64,000 bases of DNA from an uncultured Methanospirillum sp. (lineage in GTDB: Archaea > Halobacteriota > Methanomicrobia > Methanomicrobiales > Methanospirillaceae): assembly GCA_964434005.1 (NCBI GenBank), contig CAYSSW010000001.1, positions 23,768 through 87,767 on the forward strand, written 5' to 3'. The position numbers and the translations under genes are program-made. How positions within the stretch are numbered: position 1 is the first letter of the stretch; each line of letters starts with the position of its first letter. Under the pieces are notes generated by a model. The model saw only the letters and a list, made by a program, of their open reading frames with translations. It was not told the origin of the DNA and ran no database searches. Shown in pieces: positions 35,776 to 46,855 of this stretch.

Positions 35776-36166
35776 TTTTTTTGTCAGGCATGTAAGAAAG
35801 AAGAAGAAAAATGGTAACCACCAAAGTATATTAAAAATAAAAAATTCAAAGAGATCCTGATAGAGGCATCAGAATATGTGGAAGTGAAACAAAGAGGTTT
35901 TTGAAAGAATAGTCGTTTCTGATACAAAAAATAATAATTAATTACGAGGTATTTGAAGAATTGAAGGAGAAATCATTTTTTTAGAACCATTTTAAATAAT
36001 AGTTGACACTGTTTTATTATTTTTTGACAATATTTTGTATACCATGAAACATCTTATTTTTATGGTTAAATCAAAGAAGGTGTGTTTCATATATAAGATA
36101 GTATATACATTTGGCATGTAACATAATATCAATAGTTTACCTTTTAATGGTAAGGAAAAACTGAAG

Positions 36167-37363
36167 ATGGATAGTAACGAAGACAAAATCTTCTCAAATA
36201 GAATTATCTGGTATTTTTGTATAATCGGGTTCTTTGCAATATTTTCTACATCAATCTCGAAAAATCCTGTTCTTCCTCTTTATGCTGGATCGCTTGGTGC
36301 GGATGAGACGTTTATTGGGATAATTTGTGCAATATCACCGATAGCAGGAATTTTGTTTAGTTTTCCTATTGGTGTCCTTTCAGATAAATTTGGAAGACGC
36401 AGACTTCTCATTATTGCGGCGTTGGTAATCGTTTTGGCACCATTGTTGTATCTGTTTATTTCAAATCCGCTCTGGCTGATACCAATCCGTTTCTTCCATG
36501 GAACAGCAACTGCAACGTTAACGCCTGTTATCTCCGCAGTTATCGCAGAAAAGTTTGGATCCCAAAAAGGTGTGATGATTGGAACCTACAGTTCTGCAAC
36601 GCTTTTTGGAAGAACATTAGCTCCTTTGATTGGTGGAGCAATTCTAACGCTTTTTGCTTTTCTTCCAGGAAATAGTTCATATCAGTTTGTCTATATAGCA
36701 GCATTTCTTGCTGGAATTCCAGTTTTTATGTTAACGATGTTTTTTAAAGAAAAAACTTATAGTAGTCTTCCAAAAATACACATCACTGATTTCAGTAAAA
36801 GCCTCAGTAAATTTCTAAAAAACCAGAATCTGCGGAGAGCATCCATCGCACAGATGATTACATACTTCTGCTTTGGTGCATTTGAGACTTTCCTGCCGGT
36901 CTATCTTTTAACAAAAGGTATTGACGCCTGGCTTGTTGGTGTCATCTTCGGAATACAGGTTCTGGTTCTTGCACTGACCAAACCATACTTTGGCAAACTT
37001 GCAGACAAGGGAAGATTATATCTACAGATGGTTGTTGGTATGGTGCTTTCTGGTGTGGCAATTGGTTCGGTTACTCTTACAATCGAAATCACATCTCTGT
37101 TTTTTGTCAGCATTGTTTTTGGAATTGGAATGTCTTTGACCTCAGTCGCTGCAAATGTCTGTGCAGCAAATACTGCAGATAAAAATCAATTAGGAGCGTC
37201 GCTTGGAACTTTGTCTTCGATTATGGACATAGGTCATGCTTCCGGACCGTTTGTATCAGGGTTAGTAATTACTGTGTTTGGATTTTCTGTTGGGTTCTTT
37301 TTATGTCTGATACTTTCAGTTACTGCTGCAATATATATTGGGACTGGTAAAGGGCATGTATGA
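36167..37363 (+). CDS. MFS transporter (12 TM)
   Basis: GVLSDKFGRRRLLI motif between TM2 and TM3; highly hydrophobic 398 aa. Confidence 0.8.
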   Translation: MDSNEDKIFSNRIIWYFCIIGFFAIFSTSISKNPVLPLYAGSLGADETFIGIICAISPIAGILFSFPIGVLSDKFGRRRLLIIAALVIVLAPLLYLFISNPLWLIPIRFFHGTATATLTPVISAVIAEKFGSQKGVMIGTYSSATLFGRTLAPLIGGAILTLFAFLPGNSSYQFVYIAAFLAGIPVFMLTMFFKEKTYSSLPKIHITDFSKSLSKFLKNQNLRRASIAQMITYFCFGAFETFLPVYLLTKGIDAWLVGVIFGIQVLVLALTKPYFGKLADKGRLYLQMVVGMVLSGVAIGSVTLTIEITSLFFVSIVFGIGMSLTSVAANVCAANTADKNQLGASLGTLSSIMDIGHASGPFVSGLVITVFGFSVGFFLCLILSVTAAIYIGTGKGHV

Positions 37364-37948
37364 TCTTTGGGTGTTATCCTCTGATATAGTATTATCAATC
37401 TGTTTTTATAAAAATCAGAAACCCCTGACCCAGCTGTTAATGAGATGATATCCATGAAAAAACTAACATTTTTAGAGATATATTGTTATACCATTAAAGG
37501 ATAGGTTTTAACGTATTCGGTGAATACTTTACAATCTGTTTTCTCAGAAATGGAATATCTTCAAATATGATATTTGTCACAATTATGTAGAAATAAAAAT
37601 CCAACTATATTTCTTTTGAAAAAGCACTTCTTTAAGGTACTGACCGGATTATATTAGTCATTAATTTATATGCTCTATGATTGAGCCTGTTAGTGAAGGG
37701 ACAGATAAAGTCTTAATATAAAACATCTTTTCATCATTTGTTTTTCACTATTATGTTAATCTCATTTCTCTGTTATTGTGTTATGTGTCAGTGATTCTCT
37801 AAAATCAATTTCTGGTGCTATTTAAGAACAAATCTTTATTGCTCAGTGATGAGTCTTGGCAGAGTTTCTGCAATTGACAGAAATCCCTTGTGTATGTCTA
37901 AACTCATAGAAGCAATCTAAAGTAAAAAAAAGGAAATTTCAGTAATAA

Positions 37949-39805
37949 TCAGATGTGAACAAGTAGTTTTCTAAGTAAATCAGAACGACTTACTGTTCCT
38001 ACAACAATACCATTATCTAAAACCGGGATTTTCTTTATTCTGCTGTCTGATAAAATATTAAAGATTGTAGAGATATCATCGTGAATATCCACAGAAATTA
38101 CATTAGTTGAGGCTACATTCATGACATTTACCTTGGCAAGTTCGGTAAACTTCTGATCCAAAGTTGAACGGTTATACCAAAGTGGATACATAGATGGAAA
38201 AGTAGTTGTACTGATCTCTTTACCGCTCATAAATCTGATAATATCTCCATCTACTATAAATCCTACTGCCTTTCCCTCTTTTGAAATTACCGGAATACCA
38301 CTTGTTCTGTGTTCAATCATACAATTCATCGCATCCAAAAGATTTGCAGATGCAGGTACACTGTAAACATCTTTCAGCATAACTGAATGGATATCTGCAT
38401 TCTTAATCATGGACAAATCTTTTGAAGTCGTTGTATCGACGATTAAATGCTTGCGTAATGAAACACTGGCAAGATATAATGAAATAACAAATCCGATAAT
38501 AGCAAACAGTACCACCAAAGCGGCTGATGCAATAAAACCAAGTTCTAAAGATGACACCGCAAATACTGAGTAGACTCCTGTAAATAGCGATGAACCTATA
38601 CAGCCTGCAATCTGAAATCCAGTACTTAATGCAACAACCCCATGAGGATTCATTTCAGGTGTTAAATGGGACAGGGCATAACTTTGAACCGGACCCATGA
38701 TAAACGCTGGTCCACAGATAATAGGTACATATAACAGCGCAAAAACCAACAGCGAGCCTGTATTTACCAGAACTGCAAGAAGCACAGTAAATAATGCCAT
38801 TAGTAAAAAGCCAAATGGAAGTAATATTTTGATACCATGTTTATCATAATATTTACCGATAAATGGTGAAAGCATTCCTGATATAAGAATTGCAGGAAAC
38901 AGGGCCAATGAAGCCGCAAATGCACTGACTCCAAGAGCACTCTGCATATAAAGTGGCATTATTATATTCATTGCAAAAATTATCATCAGAGTAATCATAT
39001 TAATGATAACTCCTGCAGCAAATGGCCGGACTGATAATGGCTGAAGGTTAATAAGCGGTGTCGGTATTTTATTCTGACGAAGAACAAAAGCAATAAGACA
39101 AATTATTCCTATAGCTGCCGAAATAAGCGAAAAGACAATATTTCCTCCAAATGATGTGGAGATTCCATAAAGTATTCCGATCAATGTTAAACTTATCAGA
39201 ATTGTGGATAAAATATCTAATTTCGGATGAGTAAGTTCTGCAATGTTATTCAACATAAATACAGAACAAATGAGGCATAATAATACTAATCCGGCGTATA
39301 CAAGGAACAAATAATTCCAATTGAAGAAGTTGAGAATAACTCCGGATGCAATAATACTTACTGATGGACCTACGGCGATCATGGATGCCATAATCCCTAG
39401 ATAGACTCCAAGTTTTCGGATCGGTGCCGCTTCAAGGGTGATATTCATACCAACAGGTATCAGAATTCCTGTACCTAACGACTGAATAATTCTACCTGTA
39501 AGGAGAGTTGCAAAATCGAGTGAGAAAGCACAAATTATACTACCGATTATTAGCAATCCTAACGAAATATGAATCAGTGTTCTTGTTTTTATATTGCGGT
39601 ATAAAAATGCCGATACAGGCACCATTACAGCCGCACCAAGCATATATGCTGTTGCAAGCCATTGAACTGTTCCTATATCGATAGAAAATGATTTCATAAT
39701 TGCCGGAAATGCAACGTTTAGGTATGTTTCATTGAACGTTGCAAGAAATGCAACAAAGGCTGCAATGAAAATAATTGATTTTGAATTAATTGATGATGTG
39801 CGCAT
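37949..39805 (-). CDS. MFS transporter (DHA2-like, ~14 TM) fused to a C-terminal CBS-domain pair
   Basis: About 450 aa of TM helices, then two CBS modules (...MIEHRTSGIPVISKEGKAVGFIVDGDIIRF... and ...SDSRIKKIPVLDNGIVVGTVSRSDLLRKLL). Confidence 0.8.
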   Translation of the reverse strand: MRTSSINSKSIIFIAAFVAFLATFNETYLNVAFPAIMKSFSIDIGTVQWLATAYMLGAAVMVPVSAFLYRNIKTRTLIHISLGLLIIGSIICAFSLDFATLLTGRIIQSLGTGILIPVGMNITLEAAPIRKLGVYLGIMASMIAVGPSVSIIASGVILNFFNWNYLFLVYAGLVLLCLICSVFMLNNIAELTHPKLDILSTILISLTLIGILYGISTSFGGNIVFSLISAAIGIICLIAFVLRQNKIPTPLINLQPLSVRPFAAGVIINMITLMIIFAMNIIMPLYMQSALGVSAFAASLALFPAILISGMLSPFIGKYYDKHGIKILLPFGFLLMALFTVLLAVLVNTGSLLVFALLYVPIICGPAFIMGPVQSYALSHLTPEMNPHGVVALSTGFQIAGCIGSSLFTGVYSVFAVSSLELGFIASAALVVLFAIIGFVISLYLASVSLRKHLIVDTTTSKDLSMIKNADIHSVMLKDVYSVPASANLLDAMNCMIEHRTSGIPVISKEGKAVGFIVDGDIIRFMSGKEISTTTFPSMYPLWYNRSTLDQKFTELAKVNVMNVASTNVISVDIHDDISTIFNILSDSRIKKIPVLDNGIVVGTVSRSDLLRKLLVHI

Positions 39806-40694
39806 TTTTTCTTCCTCTCTTTCATAATAATTGATAGCGCACTAAAGCCATTGCCTATAGATGGATACCCGCATGAAAGAGACTTTTTTATTATTGAATG
39901 CTCCACCCTATTAAAAATTAACTCAAGAATTTCTGGAAAATACTTTAATCCAAAACGAGATTATTTAAAAATTCCTTAAAATTCGTTGAATGAATGTATA
40001 TGGAGAAGATCCCACTTAAATCAGTTGGGGTTTGATATCGTCAGGAATGAGATAATAGTTGATGAATAAGATTTGTTAGTATGTATCTTGAAAACACTTT
40101 TTTGATCACCTGAAAAATCAGTTTTATTTCTGATTTCATAAGGCAGAAAATTTTGCTTAAAAAGTTCTGTTAACCAACTGACTTTTAATTCCTTACTACC
40201 TTGATAGTTTCACTTATCTTCTATAATTTTTTCAATTTGTCGAAACTATTTATCTTGTTGTTTTATCCATTCATTCAATAATCGTTCTATCAATGCAAGG
40301 TTGCTTTTATTTAGGATTTTAATAGGATTTGGGTAATATTTTCAAGTTATTTCGGATATTTCATCGTTCTGATGAACAATTGTCATGTATATTTATCTTT
40401 TTTGTTAGAATAATAAAAAAATCAACTTTAACAACTTGAGATTTATTTGAAAATTTTTTTCTTTTACCAATTTTGGTTTTATTGGTATATGTAATGAGAA
40501 CTAATATACTCATCAATCTATTATCAGATGTGTATGATCCAATAAATAGACTTAATTTATCCTTATTGAGATTTTACATTTTTTTGGTAGAAAATATCAA
40601 TCGATATTCTATTTTTGGTTAAATTAAAAAAATAACGCAATCATAGATAATTTAAATATAAGTATAAACTCAAAGTGTCAAACCTTGGCTTTAA

Positions 40695-41704
40695 TTAATA
40701 AGTCATAACTTTCACTGTTTGATTTATTAGAATTTCGGCAATATCAGAACTGTATTCACAAATTCTGTGCATACTGTTTATAATAGTTGTAAGTGCAATT
40801 GCCTCAATGCCTGTTGATTTTTGAGTCATTACAAAGAGTTTATTGTATTTCTCACGTGCATCATCAGCGGCCTTAATTATTGCGTTTATCTCGGTCAGGT
40901 TATCTGTATCAACTGCTTTCATACTACGGACAAACAGTGCAATTGATACTTTTCCAACCCGAATTATCTCATTAATAAGAGCCTTGTCAGCGTTCAGGTC
41001 TATAAGGGTTATAGCTGCTTGGATATCGTTTCTGCATGATCTCCGACACGTTCAATTATTCTTGATATCTGATAGTATGACGCCGCTGTTATTGGCTCGA
41101 CATTCATTTTGCGGACAAGTGATGGTGTAGTAATTATAAGTGAGAATTGCCTGTGAATCAGCCAATGAAGTCTGTCAACATCAGTATCACGAGAGAGAAC
41201 ATCGTTTGCAAGTTCGCGGTCTTTGGTTTCCAGGGCCGACATTGCATCCTCATGCATAGCTTTAACTATAATATACATCCGTTTGACCGATTTTTCAAAT
41301 GGCATTACGGCGGGATTTAGGATATCACTCAAAATTATTACTTTATCTGTCTCTTCAGCGACTTCCTGTCCTATTGTCATCTGGGTAAACACACGAACTA
41401 CTGATCTGACTTTTTCAGGAATACGATTCTTCGAAGTTATGCGGATAGTAGTCGATCCCATGATATACGCTCCAATCAACGAACGAAGAAACATTTCAGA
41501 GTCTGGATAATCCTCAATTAAAAAATCAGTAGCACGTGGTGTGTTATTAAAATCAAGGTTGGGCGTTAGGATAAGTGTTCCGTTTGTCTGAGTAATAAGT
41601 CCCACCGAGTCATTTTTATGAAGATTTTGCTGTTTGACCCATTCTTTTGGGAGAGAGATAACAAAGGAAGAACCTCCTGTTATCTGAATTTTTCGTATAT
41701 CCAT
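40695..41704 (-). pseudogene. AbrB/SpoVT-PhoU-PhoU phosphate-uptake regulator, split by a frameshift near 41009
   Basis: The 231-aa ORF (AbrB-like MDIRKIQITGGSSFVISLPKEW plus the first PhoU repeat ending RIIERVGDHAETISKQL*) stops at 41009-41011. A frame offset by one base is open across the stop and continues ...ITLIDLNADKALINEIIRVGKVSIALFVRSMKAVDTDNL... through a second PhoU repeat to 40695. Combined length is ~333 aa, typical for this family. Confidence 0.6.
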
Positions 41705-41783
41705 CTTAATATAGTATATTCTGTAATTAATTTATAATTACCTAAAAATATATAGTCTCTATATTTTATAACGAAATTCATAG

Positions 41784-41814
41784 TATATTGAGTCTATGAA
41801 GTTTACTCAATATA
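41784..41814. promoter_or_regulatory. perfect 10-bp inverted repeat (TATATTGAGT-n11-ACTCAATATA) in the divergent regulator/pstS intergenic region
   Basis: Read directly: arms at 41784-41793 and 41805-41814 are exact reverse complements. The repeat is flanked by three TCTATAT boxes at 41758, 41824 and 41846. Confidence 0.35.
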
Positions 41815-41917
41815 TATCGGATTTCTATATATGATAAACCGTTAATCTATATGTAAGAAGTCAGAGATGAGCATGAAGCAAAATTCTGAATTCTGGTATA
41901 CATAATGGAGTTATAAA

Positions 41918-42832
41918 ATGTCTCAAATGTTTGAATTGTCTGAAAATAACAAAGTGCGTTTCAGTTCACACTTTAAATCAGCCATTTATTCAATTATACT
42001 TATCGCCATGATTGGCGCTGTATTACTTACTGCGGGATGCATCTCGTCAAATTCAAATGCCGATGCAGATACGAATACAAATTTCACAAACAGCAAAGTA
42101 TCAGGAACAATTATGATTGCTGGTTCAACTACTGTTCTTCCTGTTGCTCAGGTAGTCGCTGAGGAGTTTATGAATCTTCACAAGTCTGCTGATGTTCAGG
42201 TAAGTGGTGGCGGTTCAGGTGTTGGAGTAACTTCAGTTTCATCAGGAACAGCCGATATAGGTATGCTGTCCCGTGGTCTTAAGGATTCAGAAAGGGCAGA
42301 CAAAAACTACAAGGAATATATAATTGGTCGAGATGGTATCGCAATTGCCATTAATCCAGAAAATACTGTAACTGATCTATCAATTTCTCAGGTCAAAGAT
42401 ATCTACCAGGGAAAAATTACCAATTGGAAGGATTTAGGCGGAAATGATTTAGTAATTGTCCTTGTAGGCCGTGACAGTTCATCAGGAACACGCGAATTCT
42501 TCACAGAATTTGTCTTTAACAAAGAGGATGCTTCAAAGAATATGCAGGAATTGAACTCAAACGGTGCTGTTGCAAAGAGTGTTGCACAGACACCTGGTGC
42601 AATTGGGTATCTTTCACTTGAATACCTGGACGACTCATTGAAGGCAGTAAAGATTAATGGTGTTATGCCATCAGTTGCGACAGTAACAGATGGGACATAT
42701 GTAATAAATAGACCTTTATTGATGATTACAGACGCAGAGCCAACAGATCTTGCAAAGAGTTACCTTGATTACATTCTCTCACCTGAAGGTCAGAGTATCT
42801 TAAGTAATAATGGATTTATCCCTGTAGCATAG
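41918..42832 (+). CDS. pstS: phosphate ABC transporter substrate-binding protein PstS (lipobox-like LTAGC)
   Basis: GSTTVLPVAQ, SGGGSGVG and GRDSSSGTREFF motifs. N-terminal TM followed by LLTAGC. Confidence 0.9.
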   Translation: MSQMFELSENNKVRFSSHFKSAIYSIILIAMIGAVLLTAGCISSNSNADADTNTNFTNSKVSGTIMIAGSTTVLPVAQVVAEEFMNLHKSADVQVSGGGSGVGVTSVSSGTADIGMLSRGLKDSERADKNYKEYIIGRDGIAIAINPENTVTDLSISQVKDIYQGKITNWKDLGGNDLVIVLVGRDSSSGTREFFTEFVFNKEDASKNMQELNSNGAVAKSVAQTPGAIGYLSLEYLDDSLKAVKINGVMPSVATVTDGTYVINRPLLMITDAEPTDLAKSYLDYILSPEGQSILSNNGFIPVA

Positions 42833-42864
42833 TGATGTGAATAACAATCCTTTTTTTATGAAAA

Positions 42865-44682
42865 ATGAAAAATTCTGACCTTTCTTATGAGAACATTGCG
42901 AGAAAATGTTTTCGCTTTGATAGATTAATAAAATTAGTCTGGTTTGTCGCGGCTCTAATTTCATCTTTTTCGGTGTTCTTCATTCTATGTTATATTGTAT
43001 ACACCGCAATCCCGATATTTCAGTATGTTGGAATTGTTGATTTCATCTTTAATACAGAGTGGAATCCGACAGGTTCTGATGCGTCATACGGAATAGGAGC
43101 GCTTATTGTAGATACCATATTAGTAACGGCTGGAGCAGTTATACTATCAGTTCCGTTAGGGCTTTCTGTTGCAGTCTATCTTGCATACCTTGCACCTATC
43201 AAAATAAGAGAGATTGTAAAACCAATTATTGAACTTCTTGCAGGCATTCCATCAGTTGTTTATGGTTTCTTTGGAATGGTTGTTCTATGTAGTTTCATAC
43301 GAGGTGTTCTTGACATTTCAAGCGGGTTTACTTGGCTTGCAGCGTCTGTTATCTTAGGAATCATGGCACTCCCGACCATAATTTCAATCTCTGAAGATGC
43401 CTTATTTGCAGTCCCTAAAGACTATATGGAAGCATCTTTGGGACTTGGAACCACATATTGGCACACGATTGCATCTGTTCTCATACCTGCGGCGGCATCA
43501 GGAATCGCTGCTGCAATCCTGTTAGGAATAGGGCGTGTTGTGGGTGAAACTATGGCAGTCATGATGGTCGCAGGAAATGCGGCAATAATCCCTGAGCCAT
43601 TTTGGAATCTTTTCTCACCTGTAAGAACCCTTACCTCGACACTTGGTATAGAAATGTCAGAGGTTGCGGCAGGATCTATGCACTATTATGCATTATTTGG
43701 GGCGGCGGCAGTCCTGCTCTTCATCGTTTTTGTTATGAACCTGATATCAGGATGGGTGATTAATCGGATTAAGTCGGGAAAAGGATTTATTCCTTATGGA
43801 ATTGGTCATAGACGGTTTTGTCTGCCTTCATATTTTCATATTTCCCCGAAGATCACACAACGATGGGCCTTTTATCTGATATATGCAGGAACCGTGTCTG
43901 TCATAGTGATCCTTGGCATAATACTTGGAAATATCTTTATAAATGGCATTCCAGCCCTATCATTGGAGTTTCTTATAGAATCGCCAAGTGACCTGGGACG
44001 AGCAGGTGGAATTCTTCCTGCGATAATAGGAACATTTCAGTTAATTGCTGGTGCGGTATCAGTGGCTTTAATTATCGGAGTTGGTGCTGCTGTTTACTTA
44101 ACAGAATATTCACATGAGACTAGATTCACACAAGCAATAAGATCTGGATGTAACTTACTCAACAGCACTCCCTCGATAGTCTTTGGTCTGTTTGGATATG
44201 CATTTCTTGTGATCTACTTAGGCTTTGGAATCTGTCTTTTGGCGGGTCAGATCTGCCTGATGCTCATGATACTCCCTACAATTATCAGGACAACGGAAGA
44301 GGCGTTAAAGACTGTTCCAGCTTCGCTTCGGGAGGCATCATTAGGACTTGGTGCCACAAGATGGCAGACAATTAAAAATGCTGTTCTTCCCGCCGCAATG
44401 CCTGGAATTCTCACAGGGACAATTCTTTCTATCGGGCGTGCAGCAGGAGAAACAGCCCCAATAATGTTTACAGCGGTGGTATTCTCAAAGCGTTTTATAA
44501 CTACTGATCCCTTCGAACCGGTGATGGCACTTCCATTTCATCTGTATGTCTTATCGACAAATGTTCCTAACTCACAAGCACAGCAGTATGCGACTGCAGT
44601 TGTTCTCATAACACTTGTTGTAGGTATTTATCTTATAGCGATTCTGCTTCGCAGACATTTTAGGAATAAATTAGTGAGGTAG
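42865..44682 (+). CDS. pstCA: fused phosphate ABC transporter permease PstC-PstA
   Basis: 605 aa containing two complete permease units. Each has its own EAA-type loop: [22 protein letters not shown] and [22 protein letters not shown]. Confidence 0.85.
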   Translation: MKNSDLSYENIARKCFRFDRLIKLVWFVAALISSFSVFFILCYIVYTAIPIFQYVGIVDFIFNTEWNPTGSDASYGIGALIVDTILVTAGAVILSVPLGLSVAVYLAYLAPIKIREIVKPIIELLAGIPSVVYGFFGMVVLCSFIRGVLDISSGFTWLAASVILGIMALPTIISISEDALFAVPKDYMEASLGLGTTYWHTIASVLIPAAASGIAAAILLGIGRVVGETMAVMMVAGNAAIIPEPFWNLFSPVRTLTSTLGIEMSEVAAGSMHYYALFGAAAVLLFIVFVMNLISGWVINRIKSGKGFIPYGIGHRRFCLPSYFHISPKITQRWAFYLIYAGTVSVIVILGIILGNIFINGIPALSLEFLIESPSDLGRAGGILPAIIGTFQLIAGAVSVALIIGVGAAVYLTEYSHETRFTQAIRSGCNLLNSTPSIVFGLFGYAFLVIYLGFGICLLAGQICLMLMILPTIIRTTEEALKTVPASLREASLGLGATRWQTIKNAVLPAAMPGILTGTILSIGRAAGETAPIMFTAVVFSKRFITTDPFEPVMALPFHLYVLSTNVPNSQAQQYATAVVLITLVVGIYLIAILLRRHFRNKLVR

Positions 44683-44686
44683 TATT

Positions 44687-45478
44687 ATGAAAAAGAATGA
44701 TTCAATTGAAACTGATAAAAACACGAATATAAAAGAAATAATCAGCGTCAAAAAATTAAGTCTGTTCTATGGAGAGAAGCAGGTTTTATTTGATATTGAT
44801 TTTCCATTTTATGAAAATAAGGCGACCGCACTTATAGGTCCATCAGGATGTGGAAAGTCAACACTTCTTAGGTGTTTAAACTGTATGAATGACCTGATTA
44901 ATGACTGTAGGTCAACGGGCTCAATAAAATTCATGGATCGGGAATTATTTGAGTATGATCCAATTGATCTTAGAAAAAACGTAGGGATGGTATTTCAACG
45001 TCCGAATCCATTTCCTAAATCAATTTATGATAATATAGCATATGGTCCTCGTGCCCATGGGATTACAAATACAGATGTACTTGATGAAATTATAAAGAAG
45101 AGTCTGATTAATTCGGCTTTATGGGATGAGGTATGTGACAGACTTAATAGTTCAGCATTGAGTCTTTCAGGCGGTCAACAGCAAAGACTTTGTATTGCAA
45201 GAACTTTGGCTGTAAACCCGAAAGTTATTCTGATGGATGAACCCTGTTCAGCTCTTGATCCGATAGCCACACAAAAAATTGAGAATCTGATCACTAAACT
45301 TAAAAAAAACTACACGGTTATTATCGTGACACACAATATGCAGCAGGCTGCAAGAGTCAGTGACATGACAGGTTTTATGTATATGGGTAAACTCATTGAA
45401 TTCGGAAAGACCGAAGAGATTTTCTCTAATCCGAAAGAGGATTTAACAGAACGTTATATTACAGGGAGGTTTGGATAA
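44687..45478 (+). CDS. pstB: phosphate ABC transporter ATP-binding protein PstB
   Basis: Walker [10 protein letters not shown], signature [16 protein letters not shown], Walker B ILMDEP. Confidence 0.93.
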   Translation: MKKNDSIETDKNTNIKEIISVKKLSLFYGEKQVLFDIDFPFYENKATALIGPSGCGKSTLLRCLNCMNDLINDCRSTGSIKFMDRELFEYDPIDLRKNVGMVFQRPNPFPKSIYDNIAYGPRAHGITNTDVLDEIIKKSLINSALWDEVCDRLNSSALSLSGGQQQRLCIARTLAVNPKVILMDEPCSALDPIATQKIENLITKLKKNYTVIIVTHNMQQAARVSDMTGFMYMGKLIEFGKTEEIFSNPKEDLTERYITGRFG

Positions 45479-46167
45479 TGTCGATTAATTTGCAGAAGGA
45501 ACTGGAGGCATACAAGGATCAGGTATGTTGGTATGTAAGGTTTAATTCTGGTATGCTTAAAAATTCTCTGATTGCCTTTGAAAATAAGGATATGACGATT
45601 GCAATCGATATTTTGCGACAGAAAGAGTACATCGTAAGCCAGTATGAGATACTTCATGAGAGAGGTATACTGTTAATAGCACTTTATCAGCCGGTAGCAA
45701 GTGATTTAAGAACTATTGCCTGTTGTCTTGGTATGATTACATCTGCAGAGCGTGCCGGAAGATATGGTAAGGATATTGCTGAGTTAATCACAGGCGAGGG
45801 TCTTTTGGATAATAACACACATGTCCCTGATGTTGTGGGTAAACTTATAAAGACAGGAAATGAAACGGTTTCGATGATAAATCTGGTATGTAACTGTTTC
45901 ACGTCAGGTGACACGAGTCTGCTCTTAACTCTGTCTGAAAGTGAAAATCTTATTGACTACAGTTATTTAGAGATTTATAAGTCCTGCATAAAGGCAATGA
46001 AAACCGATACATCAGTTATCGAGAGTTTTTGTGCATATCTCCTGATAAATCGTTATATTGAGCGATGTGGAGATCATGCCTGCAGGATGGGAGAACTTGT
46101 TTTTTATATGCAAACTGGTAAAAAAGTGAATATTGATGATATTGAAGGAATTTGTAATAATTTGTGA
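45478..46167 (+). CDS. phoU: phosphate transport system regulator PhoU
   Basis: Two PhoU repeats, including AERAGRYGKDIAE and IERCGDHACRMGE. TAATG overlap with pstB. Confidence 0.85.
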   Translation: MSINLQKELEAYKDQVCWYVRFNSGMLKNSLIAFENKDMTIAIDILRQKEYIVSQYEILHERGILLIALYQPVASDLRTIACCLGMITSAERAGRYGKDIAELITGEGLLDNNTHVPDVVGKLIKTGNETVSMINLVCNCFTSGDTSLLLTLSESENLIDYSYLEIYKSCIKAMKTDTSVIESFCAYLLINRYIERCGDHACRMGELVFYMQTGKKVNIDDIEGICNNL

Positions 46168-46855
46168 GAGGATGGTTATTCAATTCAATTAGAATTTTGA
46201 TGTAAATTAATATAAATATAAAGCAATTTTTTTAGTATCTATAAATATTTACAAGTAAATATGCCGTATTTATTGTTTATTGAGGTCTTATTACCCACAT
46301 GCCGCAAATATTTAATCAAAATAATATTGCCGTTGACTATTGGTGTTAATTTGAAAGATATGGCAGAAGGAAAAAACTGATAGTATGTTTATAGTCGTCA
46401 TTTAACAAGTTGGAACGGTGATTGGGCAGACTCATACTTAAAGAGTCTCAATTATTACAAGTTGAAAAAAAATAGTGAATTTACAAAATGTTTAGGGTTA
46501 ATAAGCTTATTTTTCCATATTAGTATGCGGTAAAAATATGTGTTCGAAAGTACTGTTGGTATTAATATCCGGGAATGGGTGAGTGTAATGGTTTTTGCTC
46601 TGTTTAATTCATCTCAAAACTAATTGATGAATTATCTGATGTGTCTCATGTCATAAATATTATGATCATATCATGAATTTGTAGATCTCTGGATAGTATA
46701 TCCAATTTATTCTTTTCTTCTCGCAAATTTCTTTATTAATACTCACATTTTAAGTATTGTCAGTGCTTACTTATTTAAGGACTATTATTTTAGAGATATA
46801 ATAAGGATGAGGAATTCTTTAGTATTTGAATGAATTGAAAGTTATTTTAGGAATA

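Noticed and set aside
35776-36166. Long intergenic regions (35776-36166, 37364-37948, 39806-40694, 46168-46825, 62563-63038) scanned for CRISPR repeats, IS termini, rRNA, SRP or RNase P-like GC-rich RNA
   Set aside because: I found no regularly spaced direct repeats, no long terminal inverted repeats and no GC-rich structured segments by eye. Only the short hairpins listed elsewhere were seen.
37949-39805. Idea that the MFS-CBS locus is a mobile element
   Set aside because: No transposase, integrase, flanking direct or inverted repeats, or adjacent tRNA target was seen. It is kept only as a possible horizontally acquired gene.
39718-39906. 62-aa ORF overlapping the 5' end of the MFS-CBS gene
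   Set aside because: It is out of frame with, and overlaps, the well-supported transporter start. No motif.
40059-40113. Possible C/D-box sRNA (TGATGA at 40060, CTGA at 40110, 54 nt apart)
   Set aside because: There are no internal D' or C' boxes at the expected 12-nt guide spacing, and the base preceding the C box is not a purine. A chance match is likely in AT-rich DNA.
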